Below are positions 49,353 through 62,621 of a stretch of DNA of 64,000 nucleotides, one piece after another. The notes beneath the pieces are model-generated. The model searched no databases, had not been told where the DNA came from, and saw nothing but the letters and a program-made list of their open reading frames with translations. The DNA comes from Ancylonema sp. Its lineage: Eukaryota. Both the position numbers and the translations under genes were made by a program. The stretch is taken from contig JBFLGF010000059.1 of NCBI GenBank assembly GCA_050230475.1, forward strand, positions 1 to 64,000. The letters are read 5' to 3'. Within the stretch, counting starts at the first letter, position 1; each line of letters begins with the position of its first letter.

Positions 49353-52034
49353 ATGGTGTCTGATGCCTCGAAGAAGCGCGCGGAGGCCAAAAAGGCTGCT
49401 CGAGTGACAAAGGTTCAAGGAAAAGCGGCACCACCTAATGCCAAGGTGTGTAAACGATCTTGCTGCACGACAGTGATCGCGATCGGCAGTGGATCGTAGT
49501 GGATCTGTCTGGGTAGCTGCGAATGGTCGTTGATCCGGTGTTGTCCTAGCCGACTGGCGTGTATCCGTTGATAATTACTTGGTCTTGTGAGTTGTTGGAT
49601 TCGTCACGGCCATATGTTTTGCAGGTTCGGTCAGTACATTCATGTTTTTGTCAGGGCGTTATGACAAATTATAATATATGAGGGGGAGGTGGGGCAGTGT
49701 TTTCTTTTTGGTCATGATGACCAAAAATAAACCAGAAGTGTTGAGTTACGTACTTCACCTAACAGTCTGGGTTGCAATTATCGCGCCTAGCGTGCCTGAT
49801 GCCAGATCGTGGTCGCGGTCCTAGACTTACGTCATCACTTATTCATATGACTCCTTTGTTGTCTATTCCAGAAACAAGACGTCGATGTGCTGAGTGCCTC
49901 TGCCAGCTCTTTAAGTCTGGCCAGCGATGGGAGTGCTGCAAATGAGAAACCCGGAATGTTCGACGTACACAGAACTGTCACGGGTCAGTGACTTATTTAT
50001 TGGTTATCACTTAGTTCCGAACCAAACTTGGTGAATAGTGATGAATCGGTTCGTTTTTATCATAGTGATGTAAATAATTACGTCGTAGTTCTACACTTTG
50101 GAAGTTGGAAATTAAACTAAAAAACAGAACGACCACAACTAAGAGTTGCATCGGACAGTAAACAAATTTTCGGAACGTTTGAGTGGTCATCTCAGGAATC
50201 TTGGTGGATCATCCAGGGACTTGCAAGAGAACACAGAAAATGCTCTTTGGCTCAAGATCCCACAATGCGCATGCCTTCCCCTTGACGATCAGGATCTTAG
50301 GCTTGACCTCTGGCCTAAGTGTATATGCGCTGTTTTTCCTGTGTGTTCCCATGTCCCCTACACCGACCAACCCCGTCGGTATCGACTTTTTTGCGCAGGT
50401 GTATTGTCCTCCCGTCCAACCTCGCGTGACATCAAAATCACTGGATTCAGTATGGGTCTGTCGGGTGTGGAACTCATCCAAGACTGCAACATCGAGCTGA
50501 CCATGGGGCGGAGATACGGCCTGCTCGGTCAGAACGGGTGCGGCAAGACCAACTTCCTCCAGTGCCTCGCCACCCGCGAGGTCCCCATCCCGGAACACAT
50601 CGACCTCTACCATCTGCATGAAGAGGCGGAGCCCAGCGATCGTACGGCTCTGGAGGCCGTGATCGACCACATCAAGGATGAGTTGGCGCGTCTGAACGCT
50701 CAGGAAGAGTACAGTCTCACAGAGTTCGGCCCCGAGGATGATCGGCTGGAGGCCATCTACGAGCGGTTGGAGGAGCTGGACCCCAACACGTTCGAGTCTC
50801 GAGCCGCCGAGTTGCTGCACGTACTCGGATTCTCCAAATCCATGATGGCCAAGTGCACCAAGGACATGTCCGGAGGGTGGCGTATGCGTGTGGCCCTGGC
50901 CCGAGCCCTCTTCGCCCAACCCTCCCTGCTGCTTCTGGACGAGCCCACCAATCATCTTGACCTGGAGGCGTGCGTGTGGCTGGAGGAGTACCTGAAGACG
51001 TACAAGAAGTGTTTGGTGCTGGTGTCGCACTCCCAGGACTTCCTGAACGGCGTGTGCACTCACATCATCTGGCTCACCAAGCGCAAGCTCACGTACTACA
51101 CGGGGAACTACGACACGTACGTGAAGACGGTGGAGGAGCAGGAGACGGTGCAGCAGAAGAAGTACCAAAAGGAGCAGGACGACATGAAACACATCAAGGA
51201 GTTCATCGCCTCCTGCGGGACATACGCCAACCTGGTGAAGCAGGCAAAGTCGAAACAGAAGATTCTGGACAAAATGTTTGCGGACGGCCTCACCCCCCCC
51301 GTGGAAAAGGAGCGCAGCTTCACCTTCTCCTTCCCGGACTGCGACAAACTCGCCCCCCCCGTCCTGCCCTTCGAGACCGTGTCCTTCTCCTACTCCGGTC
51401 TCCCCAAGGACCTCATCTACAAAGATGTCAGCTTCGGAATCGACTGCGACTCGAGGGTGGCGCTGGTGGGGCCCAACGGGGCGGGCAAGTCCACCCTGCT
51501 CAAGCTCATGACGGGGGACGTGATGCCCAACTCGGGTATCGTGAAACGCCACAGCCACCTCAGCGTGGGTCGCTACCACCAGCACTCCATGGACCAGCTG
51601 CAGATGGACGTGTCCGTGCTCGAGTTCTTCCGATCCAACTTCCCCAACAACGCCACGTTCACCAGGGACGAGGAGGAGTGGAGGTCGTACATCGGGCGAT
51701 ACGGACTGACAGGGAAGATGCAGACCACCTAGATTGGCATGCTGAGCGAGGGTCAGCGTTGCCGCATCGTGTACGCCATCATCTGCATGGGGCGACCCAA
51801 CATGCTGCTGCTGGATGAGCCCACCAACCATGTGGATATTGAGGCCATTGACTCGCTGGCGGACGCCATCAAGCGCTACAATGGGGGGCTGGTGCTCGTC
51901 AGCCACGACTTCCGACTCATTGACCAGGTGGCAAACGACATCTGGGTGTGTGAAACGGGGGGGGTGGCGGTGTGGAAGGGAACCATTCGGGAGTACAAGG
52001 CCATGCTCACCAAGAAGGTGGCAATTACAAAGTG
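49353..52034 (+). CDS. ABCF2: ABC-F family ATPase (ABCF2/Arb1-like); exons 49353-49445, 49872-49983, 50399-52034; in-frame TAG at 51730
   Basis: MVSDASKKRAEAKK start; two ABC cassettes (GQNGCGKT, MSGGWRMR, LLLDEPTNHLD; GPNGAGKS, LSEGQ, LLLDEPTNH); no transmembrane segments. Confidence 0.88.
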
Positions 52035-52914
52035 AGGGGGGGGGCAGGAAGGAGACAAGAGACCAGTGGGGCCCACATGCTCGTGCCCTCGCCCCTTGGG
52101 AGGGAAGAGGGAGCCTCAGGGGGGAGGAGAGAGGGGGGGGGCAGGTGGGAAGAAGAGACAAGGGTGATGTGGTGGATGCATGTAATCCTGTTGAGTGTAC
52201 TACTATGGAGAGGATGTGAGGTGGGAATCATGGTAGGCCAGCTCTACTACTGACCATCGGAATAGGAGATAAAGAGAAAGAGAGAGAGATGTGTATGGAA
52301 AAGGTTGTCTTCAGAATCGAGAGCCTCTTAGGGTAGGGCTATGTGCGCCCCTTGGGCGGACGTAAGTTTTTGGGTAAGGTGTTCATGGGTGTGGACCTTT
52401 TTTTATGTTGTCCTATTTTCGACCATTGTTTGTTGTGGGTATGGTGGAGAAGGGATGCCATTGAGATGAGAGGATAATAGCTCGTTAGTATTTCGCATCA
52501 AGGATAGGCATGTCAACTCTATGTGAGTGAGTGGACAAGACTGTGTGGAAGGCAATACGAATCAATGTCTTCATATGCACATCAACATTCATATTTTCAC
52601 CTTACCCATGTTTGATCCTCCATGATGGGCCTCCATGAATGTTTGTTCCTTTTTTGCACATTTTTGACATTGTGAGTGGGTAGTGGCTTCTGGTCTTACT
52701 TTACACATATCTCTCGCAGCATTCCCTTTAAGATGGGTCGGGTAGTCCGCGCCATGGATTCTTTACCAAACCAAACATGGTTGGAGCTTTTTGGTTATCG
52801 CATGCTCCTACTACTACGATTGCAAGGCAACCTTACATATGTATTAACTGCGGAAGTACCTGTAATTAGAAAGTAGTATGACTAACTATACCGATGCAGT
52901 TAAAATTGTCCGTT

Positions 52915-53085
52915 GTTTTGGGGTGGGTCATTTTGTTTGCGGGGTCACGGTATCGTAAATATCTATACACGTGTCATAATTTTGGGTCACAAGATGATAA
53001 AAACAATTTGCCCGGGTCAAGTGGGTGGGGTCCCACATTTTTTTTAAAAAAATTTAACGATGGTCATTATGTATGGCCACTACGG
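52915..53085. mobile_element. Partial CCGTA-family MITE (right end)
   Basis: GGGTCA repeats ending GGTCATTATGTATGGCCACTACGG, then TA. Confidence 0.7.
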
Positions 53086-53117
53086 TATAGACAAGTCTCG
53101 GGTGTAGATATTCTCAT

Positions 53118-53264
53118 CACAGTTGGTCCTCGAGCCGGCATCTTATTTTTGCAGCTTACTTCTCCAATCATCTTATTTTTGCGAGCCGGCTCCGATCCGG
53201 CTCGCGCGCAAACTGGCTTGGAGCCGGGCGCGCAAAATCCGCGAGCGGAGCGGGACCAACTATG
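53118..53264. mobile_element. Small hAT-type MITE
   Basis: CACAGTTGGTCC / GGACCAACTATG; imperfect 8-bp TSD ATTCTCAT / GTTCGCAT. Confidence 0.6.
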
Positions 53265-53351
53265 GTTCGCATGACATAACAATCAATACACATTAAAACA
53301 AACCAGTTTATGATATGATACAATACACATGTAGATTTAAGATGTATATAT

Positions 53352-53597
53352 CATAGTTGGGCGCGCACGTGTGCGCGGGTTTGGTGAACGTGTTCGGAAC
53401 ATGTTTGCATCGCGAACCTCGTGGTTTAATTTTTTTTAAAAAAAAACAAAAAAAAAAACACACTAAGTTATAAGCCACCGCTTTTTGTAAGCGGTAGTGA
53501 ATGCGACTTTTGAAGTACTTCTTCTTAGTTGGGCGCGCACATGTGCGCGGGGTTGAGCGCATTTTAGTTGCATTTTAGTTAGTTGTGCCCAACTATG
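53352..53597. mobile_element. hAT-type MITE
   Basis: TIR CATAGTTGGGC / GCCCAACTATG; perfect 8-bp TSD GTATATAT. Confidence 0.9.
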
Positions 53598-53739
53598 GTA
53601 TATATGTGTAAATCTCATAACATAAAGTACATATTTATGTGGATGCAAATGCGTCACGACACCAAACACAAACACACATGACCAAACTTCATTTTTATCA
53701 TCTTTCGTTGTCTTTTCACACCCAATAAAGATTTGTTTA

Positions 53740-53981
53740 CCGTAGTGGCCATGCATAATGACCCGGGATTTTAAAATCGTATTAATTCAATTAATAAATC
53801 ACCATTTGACCCAACCCACGCACCCAAAATAAAATTTGCCAAAATCCTGAAAAAAATTATTTATTATCTCGTGACCCACATTGTAGAATGACCCACTTTT
53901 CAAACAAAACAAAAAATAATAATTTGACCCGACCCACCCTTTTCATGATAATTGAGGGGTCACAATGTGTGGCCAGTACGG
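53740..53981. mobile_element. Full-length CCGTA-family MITE
   Basis: Homologous to 38508-38744; TA flanks. Confidence 0.85.
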
Positions 53982-54744
53982 TATGTCACATATGTACACC
54001 GGAATACTTATTAGGTGCCTTCTTTTCAACGGATGTTAACAATCTCAAAGATTTCGTAAGCGACGAGTGCATAAATATTATCCCCATTTCATGATTGTTG
54101 TAATGTTTTAAGTTGCACGTTTTGAGAGGTGAAGAGCTTGGGGCCTGGTGACTTGCATATGCAATTTATTACCATGCAAATGTGCATTTCAAAACAATTA
54201 CGACAAAGTTTGTTATTTACCCCATATGACGCCCCTAAGTACCATTCACACTACCATTGGCAGGGGGTCCGGGTCTAGGTTAGGTCCGGACGACCCAAGA
54301 CAGCCCGGGGGCAACTATGGTTGCGTTTCCGCAATTTGGCCGTGTGCAAACGAAGTTGTACGGTGAAGCACAGCAAAGGAAAGGCACGACAAGGTATGCG
54401 GGCATCATCATGCAGGCTTCAAAGAGGCAGCTTTTGGCATGTAGAAATATTAAGGTAGTCAATGGCACTCAGACTTTCTCAGATGCATGATGTAATGGGC
54501 TCCATGGCCATACTAGTGGCCTACTCAAAACGATTTGCACCATAATCATAATGCTCCGTAGCACAAAAGGAATGCTCACATTCAACTCCAACCAATAAGA
54601 CCACTCTATTCATTGCTCATTCAAGCATCAAGTACGCAAAATTTTAAAAATCACTTCTGGCCAATCTATGTACACCCCTCAGGCAGGGACTCCCACAGCC
54701 GCGCGTTAAGTGCCTTTAAAACTTCGGCCCTGTGTCGACCACGA

Positions 54745-55666
54745 TCATGTTTGTGGTAGTTGGGGAGACTCCATTCTTGGTGTATACTGAGGGGTAAAGT
54801 TGAAGGAGTCCTCAAGAGCATGGAGCTGCGGAGGCAGGTGGATGACACCTGTCGCTAGAAGAACCAGGAAGAGCCACAGCGGGAAGATGGAGAGAACCGT
54901 GAAGGCTCCGTAGGCAGGACTCTCTCCTGATCACCACAACACACGGGCCGAATACATGACGCGCTCAGTGCTGGAGAAAAAGCATGTGGAGACGGGGGTG
55001 ATGGCTTACGAGCTTCTTTCGACTCTGGAATCGTTTTCTGCTCCAGCCACTTGCCAACTTTGACCAGTTTCTGCAAGGCAGGCGCATCTGTGATTTGAAG
55101 CAATGACGTGGGTAACCTGCTCTCCATTTCGTCGAAGAGAGACCACTCCTCACCATTCGCTTTCCTGCACATCAGGAGAAAGGAACAAAGCAACAGAGAT
55201 GCTGAGAAGCATCGTCTGAGTGTCTTCAATCTGATCATCCGAGATTTCTTACCAAGCAACCAGAATTCTCGGTTCATGAACAGGAGCTTCAAGGACTTTA
55301 CATGCGTATAGGGGGCGGCCGAGATTTTCCGCCCCCTCTATCGTTCTCGCTTCCTTCAGGTCGTGCATCTGGTCGACCATCCTGCGCATCAGGTGCACCA
55401 ACTCCAAGCAACTCCTTTTCGAGAGAGCTTAACGAACGACGGCTCCAGACGTCGTCCTTGGGTTCCGCTGTACTATCATCCCTGTTACGAGCGCTTGTTA
55501 CGAGCAGAAACGTTTTTTTCCGTCTAGTACACCAGTCATGAGGTGACGTCGACGAAGAGAAAGAGATTGTTGTGGTTGCTCGAAGGTTCTGAGTACTAGA
55601 TTGTTCCCTCACAGGGCGTGAAATGGGCAGCAGCGAGATGCCGGAAGCATTGGCAACGTGCGCCAT
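54745..55666 (-). CDS. CRR3: CRR3-like chloroplast NDH complex factor; exons 55666-55302, 55164-55010, 54926-54745
   Basis: S/T/R-rich transit-peptide-like N-terminus; SLSSLEKELLGVG, QKLVKVGKWLE, and C-terminal membrane segment IFPLWLFLVLLATGVIHLP resemble CRR3 as I recall it; GT-AG junctions keep the frame. Confidence 0.65.
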
Positions 55667-56014
55667 GCGGCCCAAGTGTGAACAGAAGTGCAGAAGTCAC
55701 GAGCGCTAAGGTTGAGATCAAGTTTTTACTGAGTAGACTACTGTAGCGTAATATTGTGACCTTGACGCTGATGCCCGGGACGTGGGTTAGTTTTTCTATG
55801 ACCGAGGCAAACATGTCCACACATGAAATGTTGCCCGGTAATTCAGGCCACTCTAATAACCGTAACCGATTTAAAACCCCAAAGTGACTCTCGAAACAGC
55901 GGGAAACGTCCGAAGAACCGGGAACTGATCTCTGAATTCTGTAAAACGCAGGTAGCAAATCACTCACGTCTGGAATTTAGCAGCATATCGGCCACAACGG
56001 TTAGTTGTGTATCC

Positions 56015-57906
56015 ATGGCTATCTTATCTGAGTTGGAGGAGCCTGCAGTGCATGATTCGGCGTCCGAAAGCCCTCCGCATGTTGACAAGCTTGAGTCCGA
56101 AGTGGCCAAAAATGCAGCGCATTGCGGATTGGCTTCATTGCATGACTCTGTTCTGCAACCATTATTGATAGAACATAAAGAGGAGCCACTGGAACTTGTG
56201 AAAACTCTATTTGATTTTCTTGGAAGGAAGAGCGATATTTTTGCAAACGAGGTGAGTATGTTGATTGTGTTTTGTTAGATTGTTGCGTTATATACCGTAA
56301 GTGCGTCGGGATTCATCCCCGTTTTCTGCACTCTTTTATCGCACAAGTGATAGCTGACAGCTTATATCATTGACGAAGAACTAGTTCGAGCAGGCATTTC
56401 TTGGTGAATTCTCTGAATCCGAATTTGACATACTTGGGTTGATTTCAAGGGGGCAACCGAATACTCGAATACTTAGGTCGATATCTATGTCGTTAGCACC
56501 GTTTCTCAGCTGAGTCCTTAATTTTTCGGGGTAGAGAGGAGGGGAGGGCATAGTATGACAGGTCGGACAATCAGTTTGACAGGTCGTAGAGCTCCGACCT
56601 GTCGGACCTGCCATAAGCGCTCAGTGTGAAGAAGTCCGAACGATTTTCTTACTCATTGTACTTTCAAGTAGTCTCTTGGGATAATAATCCTCTGGCAAAC
56701 CATGCTCGATGTGCGTTTGGCTACCGGTTGCTTTGTGTTGCTTTGTCATAAATTACGGTTCTGATGAGTTAGACGGTAGCAGGTGTTTCATGAAGGGTTA
56801 CTGAAGAATTACATGTTCTCTGCCTGCATCTCTGTCGTGTTTCCCAGACAGCCGAGCCGTCTGTCGTCGGCCTGCTCCGAGCAGCCAAACGACAGCATAC
56901 GGAACGCTCTGAGGCGCAGAGAAAGGAGGAAGGTGCAGTGACTTCCGGACGGAAGTTGGAGGAGGAGAAGTCTGCTGTTCCACCACCAGCGGCGGCAGGT
57001 GCTGCTGCTGCTCCAACTAGTGCTGACAATGCGGTCAAAGCCGAGCCCAGTCGCACAGGTGACGCCTCCAGGAGCGGGGGTGGCAAGGAGGAGGAGACAG
57101 ACGAAGAGGACAAAGGCAAAGGATTAAGTAAGTTGCAGTCCGCACCAGGCTCGGGCCAGTGTCGTCAATCCAGGTTGGCCGTTTGTGGTATTGATTGGAG
57201 GACATGAGCGAGACTCTGAATCAAGTCGCACCACCGTACGGTGACGAAATCTTGTGTCACCACTTCCTCATCTCCTGGTGTTTGTGGTGGGGCACCTTGC
57301 AGAGCCGAACCGTGGGAACGGGGCAGATCTTGATGAGTACTCGAGGGTTCAAACCTTAGCCGATGTGGACATCCACATCCCCGTCCCCAAAGGGACCAAG
57401 GGCCGCCAGGTGTCCGTAGAAATAAAGAAACAGAGCATCAAGGCAGGCCTGAAAGGTCATCCTCTGGTTCTGGAGGGTGACCTGTTTGCGGGCATCAAGG
57501 TGGAGGACAGCATTTGGAGCATTGAGGACGGCAGCGAGCTCATCCTCCACCTTCAGAAGCTGAACAAGATGGAGTGGTGGCGGGCCGTGGTGAAGGGGGC
57601 GCCAGAGATTAATACTCAGAAGGTGGAGCCGGAGAACAGCAAGCTGGGGGACCTGGATGCAGAGACGAGGCAGACAGTGGAGAAGATGATGTTCGATCAG
57701 AGACAGAAGCAGATGGGGCTGCCCACTTCGGAGGAGCAGCAGAAGCAAGATATACTGAAGAAGTTCATGGCTTCCGTAAGTGTAGTTACAGCAGCGCTGC
57801 CTAGTTGCTTCATGATCATTTCATCTGACTCAGTGTGTGTGTTTTTTTCCCCTGGGGGGTGGTGCAGCATCCGGAGATGGACTTCTCTAAAGCACAAATC
57901 ACATAA
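56015..57906 (+). CDS. NUDC: NudC / BOBBER-like co-chaperone; exons 56015-56251, 56848-57127, 57303-57775, 57868-57906
   Basis: KPNRGNGADLDEYS, CS domain, EWWRAVVKGAPEINTQKVEPENSKLGDLDAETRQTVEKMMFDQRQKQMGLPTSEE, KKFMASHPEMDFSKA. Confidence 0.93.
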
Positions 57907-59185
57907 GAAGAAGGGAGGGTTCTGGAACCACATTCTTCATTCTCCACTGTAGTACTTTTCAGAATACGTGTGATGGAAATGAAGTTTTTTGTGCATTTCT
58001 GCAATCGTTTTAATAAGTGCGTCCTCATTTTGTATGCAATATTACAATAGTAATGATTGGTCTTTAAATGCGTTTGGTTAGGTATCTGGATCCTTGTGAG
58101 GTATAGATGATGAATCACAATACCCACCACAGTCCGCAATCCTACGATCATGATTGTACCTAGATGGGCCTCACTCTGGAAGCATTTCCTTCAACTGGAT
58201 TGGGGCTGACGATGGTTCACACTCTGGCAATATGAATGCGCATTTCACGCTAAGAAAAATCAAATCAAAAGTTGCTTCTATGTTGAAGTTAATTCCATTC
58301 CACGTGTATATGTGAGAGCTTTCATCTGCCATCAATGCAAGAATACAGCAAATATCTCTTCAACTCTTAGGAATCAAGTAATCACGGCATTACGAGCATC
58401 GACACAACAAAAGTGCAAGTTTCAGGTAGAAAGTATTGATTACAGAATTCTGCACACAAGACCAGACCTAGTCAGTCGAGTGTGATCAACGAAGCTACTT
58501 AGTCAAAGATCTACTGAGATCAAAACTACTCAGTCAACACCAATTATACCTAAGTATTCTGCCACATCACCTGTTATCGACACTTGTGCCAGATGGCCAA
58601 ACTTGTCAACACAATCATTACAACATGTACTTCAGCCTGCATTTGCTGAAGACCGGCAAAACTAAAGCTATGTTCCCGGATTCACAAAATCGATGTTATG
58701 ACAAAAATTCACAGCCCCTGAAAACTAGCAGTATACATGTGAAAGGAACTCTCATGACAGCCTCAGAAATCTAAGGTGAGATGGACTTGCCAAATCATGT
58801 CCACAATAACATTGATTTGCGCTTTGCTACCTACCACCATTGGTAGCAAAATTGAGAAACTTAAACAAATTTTCTTATGAGTACCAATCGTAGCAATGGA
58901 TGACGGTACTCTACCATCGTTCACGCCACACCACCATCACCTCAATACACCTCAACACAGACATGGCCTTCGTCTGCGCTACATACGACAAATTCCTTGT
59001 TTGACACGGAACGGGAGCAACCACGACCTACCAAAAAAAAAAAAAAACTCCGTACCGACCTATGGCATCCCTCCTTCACATTCCCTGGGATGTGATCGAG
59101 AACCGCACGCTGAGCTCGTCTCTCACCCTCGGCAATCCCTCCAGCCCTGGGTAACGCTCGACCACGTCCTGCGCCCCAACCAAGG

Positions 59186-62100
59186 TCACCACGGCATCAG
59201 GACTTGTCTCCCACCCAATTCCCTTTGGTGCCCAAGCAACAGTTTCAGTGTTCCACGCACTGGGCTCCTTCTATCTGCCCCCCCCCCCCCCAACCCTACC
59301 TCTGCCATTTTCCTGGCCTTGAGCAGCACAGGGCCGTCCGTTTGGTAGTTGACGAGGGTGAAGTTGGGGAGGTGGCCCGACTGCTTCTTCCCCAACAAGT
59401 CTCCCGCCCCCCGCCTCACCAGGTCCTCCTCCGCCAACAAGAACCCGTCCTGAGAATCCGCCAGCACCTGCAACTTCGCGCAGCTTGAGGGGGAGGAGGG
59501 GAGCAGCAAGCAGCGGCTGGCTCTGGCACCCCGCCCCACCCTCCCCCTCAGCTGGTGTAGGGCCGCCAACCCGTATCGCTCCGCAGCCTCCACCACCATC
59601 AGCGTGGCTTCAGGGATGTCGATCCCCACTTCGATCACTGTGGTGCAGAACAGAACCGAGGTCTCCCCCTCCTTGAACTTCCTCATCGCCTCTGCCTTGT
59701 CCTCCGTACCCATCTGTCCGTGCACCAGACCACAGGGGAGACCCCGTAATAAAGCCACCTCCTCTGTATCGTCGCCTCTCTCTATCCTGCCAAACTCTTC
59801 CACTGCGGATCGAAGTCGTGCTCCCTCCCCCCCCTCCTCCTCTCCCTTGTCCTTTTCCTCGATTCGAGGGAAGACCACAAACGCGCGCCCGCCGCTCCCC
59901 ACCTCCTCTTGTACCAGCTGCCAACACCACGGACACCCACGGACACCCACGGACACCAACACTCAGCGCTCAGGACGCATAAACCCCACCCCCCGCCCAT
60001 TGCCTGCTGCCCACCCTGTATGCCTCTCTACGGTCCGTCACCACTGTGGTCACCACAGGCGTCCTGCCAGGTGGCATGTCTGCAATCTTGGAGATCCTCA
60101 TGTCCCCGTAGAGAGCCAGAGCCAGCGTGCGTGGGATGGGGGTGGCGGACATGGCAAGGAGGTGGGGGGAGAAGAGGGTCCCATCCTCCCCCCCACCCCC
60201 CTTCTCCACCAGCCTGCTCCTCTGGTTCACCCCACACCGGTGCTGCTCGTCCACCACCACCATCCCCAGTCGATGGAAACAGGTGCCCTGCGAGATGAGT
60301 GCCTGCGTTCCCACCACCAGACGCACCTCCCCGCTACCAATCGCATCCCGCACCCCCTTGGCCTTCTTGGTGGAGCCGGTGAGCAGGGCAAGCTTAGGAC
60401 GGTCTGCTTCTGCCACCTGGTCCAACAGGTGGCAGAATCGTGCGTAGTGCTGGCAGGCAAGGAACTCGGTGGGGGCCATGAGTGCTGCCTGGAATCCCCT
60501 TGACACCATCTCCAGTAGGCCCATGAGTGCCACAATGGTTTTCCCGCATCCCACGTCTCCTTGCAGTAGTCGGTGCATGGGGAGGGGGCGGCGCAGGTCG
60601 TACACAATCTCACCCACCGCCTTCTCCTGACCCGCTGTGAGATGGTAGGGGAGGAGGGAGAGGAGAGTGAAGGGGAGTGGGGCCCACTGCTCCCTAGGCA
60701 CCACCCCCCCCTCCCTCTCTTCTGCTACTCCACCCTCCCTCCCTGCTTCTTGTCTCTCCATCAGCAGTCCTGTCTGGTGGTAAAAAAACTCGTCGAAAAT
60801 GAGGCGGTCCCGTGCCGCCTCCTTGTCCCCCCTGCCGTGGATTCCCAGATACGCGTCTCGCAGGGAGAGGGCGGTGGGCTCCATAATCTCTGCTAGCGGG
60901 TCCATGTCCATGGGCAGCGCAGCACAGGTGCGTGCCAACGTACTCTTGAACATGGTCGGGGTGATGGCGCCTTTGGCAGGGTACACGCAAGATATCAACT
61001 CACCACCCTCCTCCACCTTCGTGCCCCCCCCTTCCTCCCCCTCTCTCATTTTCTCCACTGTCGTCACTTCCCCTGCCAGTTTGAATGTGTTCCCCCCCAC
61101 ACCACCAATCTTCCAGTTCATCGCCACATCCGTTCCCACACAAAACTCTTTTTGCAAGCGGGCTACCAACGAATACGGCCATTTGGACTTCATCCAGTAT
61201 TGGTGTTTGATGGTGTATCGGCAAGGATTCCCCTCCCGATCCACCCCCTCCACCCCCACCCCCATCTCAAGCAAACAGAAATTCCTCCCTGGTGTGCTCC
61301 CCCTCACCTCCTCCACCCTCCCCACCATGGCCACCTGCTGCCCGTCCTCAAGGGCCACCGCCCCGCAGGAGAAGTCGAGGTAGGCGCGGGGGAAGTGGGA
61401 GAGGAGGTGGCGGATGGTAAACACCTCCACTTTCACTAGACACTCCTTCTGGTTGGTAGTGAGGAACCAACATAGGGAGAGGGGGTAGTCGAGCACATAC
61501 CCATCCCCCATGGAGTACCCAAGACTGCGGGTCGTGCTCACAGGACCACCCTCCCGGGACGGAGAATGAAATTCGTCCGTCAAAGGACGCAAACCCAGAC
61601 CACGTCCACGCTCAGATTCCACTTCCCCTTCCCCTTCCCCTTCTTCCCCTTCTTCTCTTCCCCCTTCCCCTTGTACTTCCTCTTGCCCCCTCGGCTCCTC
61701 TGCCCTCTCTTGTTTCCTTTCCTTTGTTGCCTTCCCTCCCCCCCACAGAGAGTCCACCTGAAGACGATGACGGAGGAGACGGGTGAAAAGCTGAGACTCA
61801 CTCTCACTCTCCTCATCACTCTCCTTCTCACTCTCCTCCTCCTTCCGCTTGTCCCTTTCCTCCTCTGCCCCCATTCTCTGTCGCTCCCCCTCCTTCCATT
61901 CTATTCCCCTCCCCTCCTCCCTCCAGTCGAGCCTGAGTGCCCCTCTGGAAGCAAAGCGGATGGCAGGGTGGGGGTGCAGGAGCAGCCCTCCTTCTGGTGG
62001 CGCCCCCCCATCCCCACAATCCCTCACTGCGTCCCTGTGGTCCAATAACTCCTCCAGACCACCATGATGGTGAAGCACACACCTCACCACACCCTCCAGC

Positions 62101-62621
62101 ACCTCTCGTCGCTCACGTGGCGTCATGGATGCATAGGTGTCTGTGACGAGGGGATGCCCCGCCATACGCTGGGCGAGCACGGGTACGGTTTGTGCCATGG
62201 ACTCAAGATTCGATATGAAGGTGTTGGATCCGTTCCAATCGTTGCAAAAGTTTTTGTCGCACTCCTCCCCGATGAAGAAGAGGATGGATAACTCGGTGTC
62301 AATATGCGCCTCAGACTTCTGCTCCACCTCCTCCTCCTCCTCCTCCCCCACCCCCCAGCGAACAGCACTCCCGTTTCCCTCCCCTGCGTGCATGCCCACC
62401 CTCCCCACTGCCACCCCCCCCAGCATGCGGGCGTACGGAAGCGCCTCGGGTCTACGCCCGGCCAACCAGCGGACAAAGGTTGGGGTCGCGCCCTCGCTCA
62501 GGGGGGGGGTGAAGCAGGGGGGAAGGGGCAGGTGGCGATTGTGCGCGAGTAGGTGGGGGGGCCTGGAGAGGCATCGCAAATATCCCCTGGCAGCCCGTCG
62601 CAGTGGGGAGGCACCGACCAT
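59186..62621 (-). CDS. RECG: Organellar ATP-dependent DNA helicase RecG homolog; intron 59918-60014; both termini approximate
   Basis: RLIFDEFFY, MHRLLQGDVGCGKT, APTEFLA, VVDEQHR, MSATPIPRTLALALYGD, TTVIEVGIDIP, LHQLRGRVGRG, DGFLLAEEDL..RGAGDLLGKKQSG. Confidence 0.92.

Noticed and set aside
50209..52161. 650-aa antisense ORF opposite ABCF2
   Set aside because: Expected shadow of strong GC3 codon bias; no recognisable motifs
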